DNA from: Dysosmobacter segnis
GTDB lineage: Bacteria > Bacillota > Clostridia > Lachnospirales > Lachnospiraceae
NCBI GenBank assembly: GCA_963616545.1
Contig: CAVELT010000065.1
Location: 1 to 36,233 of the forward strand
Direction of reading: 5' to 3'
DNA length: 36,233 nucleotides
Shown here: positions 19,077-26,578 of the stretch, piece after piece
Position numbering within the stretch: position 1 is the stretch's first letter
How the letters are laid out: every line of letters begins with the position of its first letter
Notes under the pieces: model-generated
The model's database searches: none
Told to the model about the DNA's origin: nothing
The model's input: only the letters and a program-made list of their open reading frames with translations
Made by a program: the position numbers and the translations under genes

Positions 19077-20908
19077 TTTGCTTCTCTGCCTCCCTTGAAA
19101 ATACCATAACCGAAGTGATCGCAATGCAGGCAGCGGCCGGACTCCTGCCGTGCCTCCTCCTCTGTCATGCCGCACTCCATGAGCTTGAAGTCATGACATC
19201 TCTCCTGAGGCGGGCGCTCCATCATATTGATGCGGCCCGTGGGCTTGTGGTCGTCGAAGCGTACCGGCGGCAGCAGCACCTCGGAACGGATCTCGTGATG
19301 GAAGCCCAGGAATTCGTCAATGTTGGCGGCGGCCACCTTGCCGGCTGCGATGGCCTTGATGACCGTTGCCGGTCCGGTCACGCAGTCTCCTCCGGCGAAG
19401 ATGCCGTCCTTCACATCACACTCTGAGGTATCCATGGCGCTGATTCTCGCGCCCTTCTCGATCTTGATGCCGCCGAACTCACCGAACTTCTGCGAATCGA
19501 TGCCCTGTCCGATGGCCACCAGCACCCGGTCTGCGTGCATATGCACCTCAGGAAGGCTGGCCGGTACCGGGCTGGGACGCCCGCCGCGGATGGGGCCCAC
19601 CATCTGGGGCTGCGCCACCAGCGCCGTGCAGTGCCCGTTCTCGTCCTTTTCGATCCGTACCGGCGCATGCAGCTCCACGATCTCGCAGCCGTCGGCGATG
19701 GCGCCCTCTACCTCCTCCGGGAGGGCCGTCATATCGTTCTTCCGCCGCCGGTAGGCCACCTTCACGGATCTTGCGCCGAGACGAATGGCGGAGCGGGCCA
19801 CGTCCATGGCCACGTTGCCGCCGCCGACCACCACGCAGTCGAGGCCGGTGAAGTCCGGGTAATTGTCATCACCGATGGCACGCAGCATTTCCACGGCAGA
19901 GATCACGCCCTCGGCATCCTCTCCCTCGATGCCGATCTTCTTGTCGGTATGGGCGCCGATGGCGATATACATAGCATCATACTGCTCTCGCAGGTCCTCA
20001 ATCAGGATGTCCTTTCCGATGGAGGTATTGCAGATGGTTTCGAAGCCCGCCTTCTTCAGTCCCTCGATCTCGTGATCCAGGATCTCCCGGGGCAGACGAT
20101 AGGCCGGGATGCCGTAGCGCAGCATGCCGCCCAGCTGCTGCCGCTGCTCATAGACCGTCACATCGTGGCCCATGATGCTGAGATAGTAGGCTGCACTGAG
20201 ACCGGAGGGGCCGCCGCCGATGACGGCGATCTTCTTGCCGGTGGACTTCATGCGTGTCGGTGCCGGCACCTCTCCCTCATGCTCCACGGCAAAGCGCTTC
20301 AGGCCGCGGATGTTCACGGGATCGTCCACCATGGTTCTACGGCAGCGCACCTCACAGGGATGCTCGCAGATGAGGCCGCAGACCGCCGGCAGGGGATTGT
20401 CCTTCCGGATGAGCTGCACGGCATCGTGGTAGCGTCCCTCATGCACCAGGGCAATGTAGCCGGGAATGTCCACATGGGCCGGACACTGGAACATGCAGGG
20501 CACCGGCTGGTTCTGCTTCGCCCGGCAGCGGCCGTGCTGAATGTGCTCCACATAGTCATCCCGGAAGCCCTTCACGCCCTTCAGCACCATCCGGGCCGCC
20601 TCAGAGCCGATGGCGCAGTCTGCGGAATAGTAAATGCTGGCCGCCGTCTTCTCGATGGTGTCCAATGTCGTCATGTCCGCACTGCCGTCCATTACCCGCT
20701 CAATGAGCCGCTCCAGCTGGGTCAGTCCCACCCGGCAGGGCACACATTTGCCGCAGGACTGGGCATGGCAGAGATGCAGAAAGGCCTCCGCCAGATCCAC
20801 GGGGCAGAGACCCGGCTGAGAAGCCTGAATCCGCCGCTCGAGATCCTTGTAAAGCTCTTCCACAGTCTTCTGGGCATTGTTTTTCGTGTCAATACTTAAC
20901 CTGCTCAT
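19070..20908 (-). CDS. GltD/NfnB-like NAD(P)H:FAD oxidoreductase with N-terminal NuoF-like 4Fe-4S domain
   Basis: QSCGKCVPCRVG...CAIG; PCMFQCPAH; CGLICEHPCEVRC; GGGPSG; GGGNVAMD; FAGGD; overlaps the hydA start. Confidence 0.9.
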   Translation of the reverse strand: MSRLSIDTKNNAQKTVEELYKDLERRIQASQPGLCPVDLAEAFLHLCHAQSCGKCVPCRVGLTQLERLIERVMDGSADMTTLDTIEKTAASIYYSADCAIGSEAARMVLKGVKGFRDDYVEHIQHGRCRAKQNQPVPCMFQCPAHVDIPGYIALVHEGRYHDAVQLIRKDNPLPAVCGLICEHPCEVRCRRTMVDDPVNIRGLKRFAVEHEGEVPAPTRMKSTGKKIAVIGGGPSGLSAAYYLSIMGHDVTVYEQRQQLGGMLRYGIPAYRLPREILDHEIEGLKKAGFETICNTSIGKDILIEDLREQYDAMYIAIGAHTDKKIGIEGEDAEGVISAVEMLRAIGDDNYPDFTGLDCVVVGGGNVAMDVARSAIRLGARSVKVAYRRRKNDMTALPEEVEGAIADGCEIVELHAPVRIEKDENGHCTALVAQPQMVGPIRGGRPSPVPASLPEVHMHADRVLVAIGQGIDSQKFGEFGGIKIEKGARISAMDTSECDVKDGIFAGGDCVTGPATVIKAIAAGKVAAANIDEFLGFHHEIRSEVLLPPVRFDDHKPTGRINMMERPPQERCHDFKLMECGMTEEEARQESGRCLHCDHFGYGIFKGGREAKW

Positions 20909-20982
20909 AGCTCTCCTTTTTCTCCTGAATACTCCCCTGCAGAGCCTTTTCTGACCATAGGTTCTGCGTTTATCATACGCAA

Positions 20983-21012
20983 AGCATAGCATGCTTTGTG
21001 CAGGATATACAA
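20983..21012 (-). promoter_or_regulatory. Putative sigma-A promoter of the oxidoreductase-hydrogenase operon
   Basis: TTGTAT-18 bp-TATGCT with extended TG. Confidence 0.5.
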
Positions 21013-21053
21013 GGCCAATTCTTATATCTAAGAGGTTTCGAAATACTTTTAAC

Positions 21054-21094
21054 AAAAAACGCCCGGGCGGAGCGGAACTGCTCACGCCGGGGCG
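21054..21094 (-). terminator. Intrinsic terminator after the 3D-domain gene
   Basis: Long GC stem CGCCCCGGCGTGAGCAG...CCGCTCCGCCCGGGCG followed by T6. Confidence 0.75.
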
Positions 21095-21185
21095 CGCCAT
21101 GTACTCCCGAAAAGTATTTTATCGGAAACACACATATAAAAGAAATGGAATTGCTGTATCGCCAACTATTCCGGATCGGAATGTT

Positions 21186-21599
21186 TTAGTAGCCCACATA
21201 GCGAACCTGGGCATAGCCGTTGAAGGGAGCAAAATTGGCAGCGGCATGAATGGGCACATAGATGTCGATGTCGTTGCCCTTGATGGCACTGCCGGTATCC
21301 TCCGCCCGGAAGCGGCACCAGCCGTAGTCCGGCAGGTAAATGTCTACCCAGCTGCCGAGGGGGATTACATCCGGATCCACTGCGATGGTCTGCCCCGCCG
21401 TGGGGTATACACCGGAGGCCGTGGGACCTCCCGCATACTTGCCGCAGCAGATGCTGCAGGGACAATAGGCCGTCAGCCGGAAGGTGCCCAGATCCTGCCC
21501 CGGTACCGGTGCCGCCAGGCTCGTCATCGAAAAACCGAAGCTCATGAAGCTGCAGAGCAGCAGGAAAAGCGCCAGAACGCGCCGTGTTTTTTTCATCAT
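21186..21599 (-). CDS. Secreted 3D-domain (MltA-B-like) peptidoglycan-remodelling protein
   Basis: Signal peptide; LTAYCPCSICCG, TASG, IAVDPDVIPLGS, AEDTGSAIKGNDIDIY. Confidence 0.9.
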   Translation of the reverse strand: MMKKTRRVLALFLLLCSFMSFGFSMTSLAAPVPGQDLGTFRLTAYCPCSICCGKYAGGPTASGVYPTAGQTIAVDPDVIPLGSWVDIYLPDYGWCRFRAEDTGSAIKGNDIDIYVPIHAAANFAPFNGYAQVRYVGY

Positions 21600-21650
21600 T
21601 CTAAACTCCTGTTTCAGTAAAAGCAAAACTCTGTTTTCTCTTTCCCACGA

Positions 21651-21679
21651 AGTTTAGCACAACGGCGCGTTTTAGACAA
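21651..21679 (-). promoter_or_regulatory. Sigma-A promoter of the 3D-domain gene
   Basis: TTGTCT-17 bp-TAAACT with extended TG. Confidence 0.55.
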
Positions 21680-21702
21680 GCTTCTCTTCCGAATCAGAAG
21701 CA

Positions 21703-24288
21703 TCAGAAGCCGAGTCCGCCTCTGTCCAACTTCCTGGCGCGATTCTCAAGACGATTTTCCCGAGCCGACCTCATCCGGTCCAGAAGATCCTTTCCGGATT
21801 TTGCCTGGCCGGTGCTCTTCCGCGCAAGCTCCTTCACATCCTTGGCCTTGAACTTATCCTTGCTGCCATTGCTGATCGCCTTGGCATAATCCTTGGTGAT
21901 CTTCTCTACCTCCTTCCTTGAATCTCTCTCCAGCTTTTCATCCAGCGCGTTCAGCACCTTGCCGTGTACATAATCCGCCTTCAGTGCCTTCGTCACCTCA
22001 CGATCACTGAGATCTCTGGGATCACAGCCATAGAGCCTTGCCATCTGCTGCCGCTTTGTCTCCAGCTCTCTCTGATTCTGCTCCCTCCACGCCTGCTGGT
22101 ACGCCGGATCCGGTCTCTTCCGCTTCCATGCGGTGAAGGCCAGAAGACCCACAATCAGCATCGGTGCATTGAAAGCCGCTACCAGCAGCACGCCGATGCC
22201 CAGCGGGTTACGGCTCATAGCACACATCACAGTTTCAATGGCGTTGGCAGACTTGTTCAGGAAGCTGAGCTTCGAAGGATCCTGATGCTTCTGATCAAAC
22301 TCCCGTCCGGCTTCCTCGGCCACCTTCAGTCTGTAGTCCAGCAGCTGCTTTCCGTACTTATCACCATCCATGTCCTTAATGGCAAGGATGTTCTTGTAAT
22401 GATCGAGCTTCTGCTCCGGAGACAGACGGCCCTCCTCCAGAAGCATCTGCGTTTTGATGAGTCCCGGAACAGAAATATTTCTTTCATCTATCTTGCCCAG
22501 CTTCTCCGGCAGAAGTGAGCGCAGCTCGTTTTCCGCCTGCTGATTCTTATTGAACTTATCCTGCAATACGTCCTGATCCAGCTCACTGATTTCCGTTTTG
22601 CTCCGCATGAGGTTATCGCTGAAAACAACATTGTTCTCATCTGTCAATTTCTTCAGACTTCCCTCATACTTCTCAAAAGCCTGTTTCTGCTTTTCAGACT
22701 CCACCGCAGCCGTCGGCTCTTTCTCTGCAGGCTTCTGCTCCGCAGACTTGATCTGTACATCGGTCGTTTTGTCGATGGTATTGTCGACCTTTTCCTTCTC
22801 TTTCTGATCTTCCGCTACGTTCTTCTTCTCCGCAGGATTGATCTCCACTTTGGCCACCTGTCTAATGACATTTTCTGCCTTCTCCTTCGGAGCTTCCACT
22901 GCAGCATTGATCTCTATGTCGGCAACTTTTTCTGCCTTCGAGACTTCCGCTGCAGGCTGCTTTTTCTCCCTCGCGTGATTGATCTGTACCTCGTTCGTTT
23001 GGACGATGGTATTGTCGATCTTTGCCTTCTCTTTCGGATCTTCCACTGCAGCCTTCTGCTCTACTACCGGTTCTTTCTCATGCTCTGCTTCAGGCAGCTT
23101 ATTCTCTACTGCCTCAGTCTTTTTTTCTTCCTTTTTCTCCGGTTCCTTTGGTTCTTCTTTCTTTACCTCTTCCTTCTTTGGTTCTTCCTTCTTTACCTCT
23201 TCCTTCTCTGGCTGCTCCTGATTTTTGTTTGTCTTCCGAAACTTCAGCTTCTTCGCAGCCTTCCGAAATTTATCCTGGAACGTATCATTCCCCTGATAAA
23301 TATTTTCCTTGCTGCTGCCTGTTACGATACTCCTCTGCTCTGATACATCCACATAATGCCATTCATCTTTTGTAGAGGACTTCGCATAATCAGCTACTAT
23401 GTCTGACAGTTTCTTGGATTCTGCATCCAGAATTTTTAAACGTTCTTTTGAATCTGACACCTCTACATTCAATGCATCCTTAAAGCTGTTTAAACCATTT
23501 TCAAATTTCTCCAACTGTACATCCGCATTTGCAGCCGTACTGTCAAGATTCTGACTAAGCTTATTAATTTCATCAATTCTCGATTCAAACGAAGATAATT
23601 TCTCTGTACTCAGTGTCTTCTTGATTTCCTTGGCAATACCAGCAATCACCATCTTTTGAACATCGTATCTATCCTGCGGTTCAAAATGATACTCCTCATC
23701 CTCTTCAAGAGCACTGTCCTCATCCTTTTTCTGCGCGGGAACGGGAGCATTTACTGGCTGCTTTTTATTTTTATTGAATATTGCTCGGAAATTATGATTG
23801 CCTACTTGAATTTCAGACTCATTTTTCTTCTCCTCAGAATGTTTCTGCTTTTTTTCCTCTTCCTTTATCTCCTTCTGAAGCGCTTTAAATTCAGGATCAA
23901 CATTAACGTCATTCTTTTCCCCCTGTTGCGAAAAAAATTTCCGAACTTTTTCCGCTTTTTCGATTGTCTTGTTTGCCTCCTTTTCAATTTTATACGTTGA
24001 TAAAACCATGTCTAATGCATTGCCCATGGAATCAGGAACCTTCACATTTTTAAGTTCCTTGAATGTTTCTAATTCTGCTTCAGAAAGCACAGAACCGTAT
24101 TGATTTCGGTTTTTTATTTTGTTTCTCAATAAGAATTTCTGTACCTGTTTTTCAACAAGTTCATCTGTTCTGTTTCTAAATTGTGAATACGTGGCTTTCA
24201 GCCCTTTAATGATTTCCTCCTCAGACATCACACAGAGTTTTTCGTACTCCGTTTTCTCCAAATCTACCCCAAATCTAATCTTCGACAT
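21703..24288 (-). CDS. Orphan 861-aa Lys/Glu-rich protein with internal repeats and a C-proximal hydrophobic hairpin; candidate secreted substrate
   Basis: Long ORF with AGGAGG RBS; no signal peptide; hydrophobic segment NPLGIGVLLVAAFNAPMLIVGLLAFTAW. Confidence 0.85.
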   Translation of the reverse strand: MSKIRFGVDLEKTEYEKLCVMSEEEIIKGLKATYSQFRNRTDELVEKQVQKFLLRNKIKNRNQYGSVLSEAELETFKELKNVKVPDSMGNALDMVLSTYKIEKEANKTIEKAEKVRKFFSQQGEKNDVNVDPEFKALQKEIKEEEKKQKHSEEKKNESEIQVGNHNFRAIFNKNKKQPVNAPVPAQKKDEDSALEEDEEYHFEPQDRYDVQKMVIAGIAKEIKKTLSTEKLSSFESRIDEINKLSQNLDSTAANADVQLEKFENGLNSFKDALNVEVSDSKERLKILDAESKKLSDIVADYAKSSTKDEWHYVDVSEQRSIVTGSSKENIYQGNDTFQDKFRKAAKKLKFRKTNKNQEQPEKEEVKKEEPKKEEVKKEEPKEPEKKEEKKTEAVENKLPEAEHEKEPVVEQKAAVEDPKEKAKIDNTIVQTNEVQINHAREKKQPAAEVSKAEKVADIEINAAVEAPKEKAENVIRQVAKVEINPAEKKNVAEDQKEKEKVDNTIDKTTDVQIKSAEQKPAEKEPTAAVESEKQKQAFEKYEGSLKKLTDENNVVFSDNLMRSKTEISELDQDVLQDKFNKNQQAENELRSLLPEKLGKIDERNISVPGLIKTQMLLEEGRLSPEQKLDHYKNILAIKDMDGDKYGKQLLDYRLKVAEEAGREFDQKHQDPSKLSFLNKSANAIETVMCAMSRNPLGIGVLLVAAFNAPMLIVGLLAFTAWKRKRPDPAYQQAWREQNQRELETKRQQMARLYGCDPRDLSDREVTKALKADYVHGKVLNALDEKLERDSRKEVEKITKDYAKAISNGSKDKFKAKDVKELARKSTGQAKSGKDLLDRMRSARENRLENRARKLDRGGLGF
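23146..23205. repeat. 30-bp tandem duplication encoding (KEEVKKEEPK)x2
   Basis: Units at 23146-23175 and 23176-23205 differ at one base. Confidence 0.85.
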
Positions 24289-24347
24289 CTGTCCATCCTC
24301 CTATATCATTTGCAAACCATCTTGCCTCTTGTTCTGTTTCTGGCTGT

Positions 24348-24381
24348 ATCTTAACACAGCTTAAGACACAAATGGGACACA
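24348..24381 (-). promoter_or_regulatory. Conserved direct-repeat promoter, copy A
   Basis: TGTGTC-CCATT-TGTGTC-TTAAGCTGTGT-TAAGAT upstream of the 861-aa gene. Confidence 0.8.
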
Positions 24382-24393
24382 TATTTTTATCGG

Positions 24394-24420
24394 AAAAGGG
24401 CTGCCGAAGCAAGGCCCCTC
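24394..24420 (-). terminator. Putative intrinsic terminator after the 326-aa gene
   Basis: GGGGC..TGC-TTCG-GCA-GCCC followed by TTTT. Confidence 0.65.
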
Positions 24421-24430
24421 TTTATTCATC

Positions 24431-25411
24431 TTATTTACTTAAAGTCATGGTTCTCTCCATTTTTTTCTCCGGCTTTTCCAAAACAAGCTTTCTTTTCTGT
24501 CCTTTCGTCTTCTTGTCTTCTGTTTTTTGCTTTCCTTCCATCTTCTTCTCTTTCTTTATTTCTGTTTCTTTCTTTTTTTCCTGTTCTTCTATCTTGGCAC
24601 GCTCTTTTTCTGCCTCTTTCTTTTTATGTGCCTGCGCCAGCATCAGAAGCTGCTGCATCAATCGCATTTTATCCTGCTGCCTCAATCTTTCAACCATCAT
24701 GGCCTGTTCCTTCAGCTTCCGATGTGTGACTGCCAGCGCCTTTTGATACGCTTCTATCTGCGGATTATAGGTCGGCTGCTGCTCCGGCTGCTGTGCCGGT
24801 CTGTTCTCCAGATTGCTTCTCTCACTTTCCGGGAGCTTCTGATACAGATCCTGCACCAGGGTCTGACCGAAAGCAGACAGCACTGCCATGCCCAACGCCA
24901 TAAAGGGATTCAGTCCCATAAGGATCATGCTGATGAACAGCAGCTTCGGATTTTTTGTAATATTGATCAGTATCGTATCAATGCCCTCCAGCTCATCCTT
25001 TTTTTCGATGAGCTCCGGCGTGACCTTCCGGTTCTGCTGATATTCTGTGCCGATATCCTGAATTACATCTGCACGCTCCTGCAGCAAAGCATCCTCAAAC
25101 GCACCGTTCTGATGATTCATTGCTCTGGCATTCGCCAGATCCTGCAGATACGCCTGATACCGGTCCTCCGGAAGCAGCCCTTTATTTGCCATCTTTTCCT
25201 GATCAAGCAGCTGCTTCAGGATACTCCGGAGCACTTCTGCCTTGTTCGTCTTCGACTTCACATCGGTATTCTCTGTCGGTTCCGGCAGCATTTCCTGGAC
25301 ATTGTTTGTCCCCTTTTCAAAGGCAGCTGCTGTTTCACTGATCTTTTTCTCTGTCACAGCAATATTTTCCTTGCTCTCAGCTTCCTTCTTGGCACCTTCT
25401 AACCTCGGCAT
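24431..25411 (-). CDS. Orphan 326-aa protein with a central hydrophobic hairpin and Lys-rich C-terminus; paralogous to the C-domain of the 861-aa protein
   Basis: AGGAGG RBS; NPKLLFISMILMGLNPFMALGMAVLSAF; no signal peptide. Confidence 0.85.
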   Translation of the reverse strand: MPRLEGAKKEAESKENIAVTEKKISETAAAFEKGTNNVQEMLPEPTENTDVKSKTNKAEVLRSILKQLLDQEKMANKGLLPEDRYQAYLQDLANARAMNHQNGAFEDALLQERADVIQDIGTEYQQNRKVTPELIEKKDELEGIDTILINITKNPKLLFISMILMGLNPFMALGMAVLSAFGQTLVQDLYQKLPESERSNLENRPAQQPEQQPTYNPQIEAYQKALAVTHRKLKEQAMMVERLRQQDKMRLMQQLLMLAQAHKKKEAEKERAKIEEQEKKKETEIKKEKKMEGKQKTEDKKTKGQKRKLVLEKPEKKMERTMTLSK

Positions 25412-25463
25412 AATTCGTTCCTCCTATTATCTATTTTTTTCTTGACCTTTTCTTCTTGTCCCT

Positions 25464-25497
25464 ATCCTACCACAAAGAGAGACACAGATGAGACACA
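25464..25497 (-). promoter_or_regulatory. Conserved direct-repeat promoter, copy B
   Basis: TGTGTC-TCATC-TGTGTC-TCTCTTTGTGG-TAGGAT upstream of the 326-aa gene. Confidence 0.8.
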
Positions 25498-25507
25498 AGC
25501 TGCAGCT

Positions 25508-25549
25508 AAAAAAAAGAGAGAAAGCCCTCTCTATTGAGCTTTCTCTCTT
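25508..25549 (-). terminator. Intrinsic terminator after the 307-aa gene
   Basis: AAGAGAGAAAGC...GCTTTCTCTCTT stem followed by a T-run. Confidence 0.8.
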
Positions 25550-25575
25550 CTGTGCATTCTTTATCCATTCTATCT

Positions 25576-26499
25576 CTACAGCGACTTGCTCTTCCTCTCG
25601 CGCGCTGCACTCTTTATGGACCCTGCCTGTACGGTCTGCTGCATTGTCAGCCGGCTCTGCGCCTTTCTCTTATGCCGATACCAGCTCTTGATCCTGCTGC
25701 CGTCCTCCCGAAGACGGAGCTCCACGATCTCCATGGGCACCTGTGCCCGCTTGAGACCGCCGGCCTTGGCAATGCTGTCTCTCTCCAGCTGCTGCCGCGT
25801 ATCCATGGGCAGCTGATGATAACGCAGGATCACCAGTGGCTTATTCATGGACACATAGCCCGCAACGCCGCTCATCATCTCCGATTCCCGGCTCCGGTCC
25901 AGAAGTCCCGACATCTGCTCCGTGGGCTGCGCGGAAATGCCGCACATGAGATTGTGGGTAGCATGCAGCGCCTTATTGAGACCGTTCAGGATGCCGCTGA
26001 CGGAAGGGTTCTCCGCAAACAGACCGCCCAGCTTCTGCATCAGATTGTCATGGAAGCCCATAAGCTTATCCGCAAACTCCGGCTGCTGGTCGCTGCTCCG
26101 GATGGCAATGATATTGACGCGGAACTTCTCTTCCTCCTCCGGATTCAGCAGTCCCTCATCATGAAGCACCTGCTGCCGGATCATGTCCTGGGGCCGGATG
26201 CCGCTCAGCGCACCGTCTGCCGCCGGCTTATGCAGCATCCGGGCCGTCTGCAGGAAATCCTCTGTCTGCGTTTTCAGCATTTCCGCTTCCTTCGTCGTCA
26301 GCGTACCGCCGTCCATTGCATGCTTCCGGTACAGGGCATCAAAGGTACCGCAGAGCTTCCGGTACCTTGCTTCGTGCTCCCGGGCCAGGGTCTCTTCATC
26401 CACCGGCTCTGCCTCCGCGGCTGCCTGATTCTCTGCATATTCGTCAAAGCCCAATTCCTTAAAGATATCAAAATCATCATTATTTCCAGGTCCCGGCAC
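25576..26499 (-). CDS. Orphan 307-aa soluble protein with acidic N-terminus and basic C-terminus
   Basis: GTG start with AGGAGGT RBS; own promoter and terminator; no recognised domain. Confidence 0.8.
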   Translation of the reverse strand: MPGPGNNDDFDIFKELGFDEYAENQAAAEAEPVDEETLAREHEARYRKLCGTFDALYRKHAMDGGTLTTKEAEMLKTQTEDFLQTARMLHKPAADGALSGIRPQDMIRQQVLHDEGLLNPEEEEKFRVNIIAIRSSDQQPEFADKLMGFHDNLMQKLGGLFAENPSVSGILNGLNKALHATHNLMCGISAQPTEQMSGLLDRSRESEMMSGVAGYVSMNKPLVILRYHQLPMDTRQQLERDSIAKAGGLKRAQVPMEIVELRLREDGSRIKSWYRHKRKAQSRLTMQQTVQAGSIKSAARERKSKSL

Positions 26500-26541
26500 G
26501 GTATTACCTCCTTCAGATCCAGTTTTTTCTTTCCTGTCCTT

Positions 26542-26575
26542 ATGCTAACGCAGGGAGGGACACACTAGAGACACA
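26542..26575 (-). promoter_or_regulatory. Conserved direct-repeat promoter, copy C
   Basis: TGTGTC-TCTAG-TGTGTC-CCTCCCTGCGT-TAGCAT upstream of the 307-aa gene. Confidence 0.8.
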
Positions 26576-26578
26576 GGC

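Noticed and set aside
21036..21055. Possible Rex operator upstream of the hydrogenase operon (TTGTTAAAAGTATTTCGA)
   Set aside because: Only one half-site matches TTGTKAA-N4-TTMACAA, and it overlaps the U-tract of the upstream terminator.
21186..21599. 3D-domain protein as a VirB1-like wall hydrolase of the T4SS
   Set aside because: It has its own sigma-A-like promoter, lacks the TGTGTC boxes and belongs to a widespread family; proximity alone is insufficient.
24348..26575. GACACA repeats as a CRISPR array, iterons or recombination sites
   Set aside because: Only two hexamers per site, each at a fixed distance from a -10-like box and a gene start; no spacers, cas, rep or recombinase genes.
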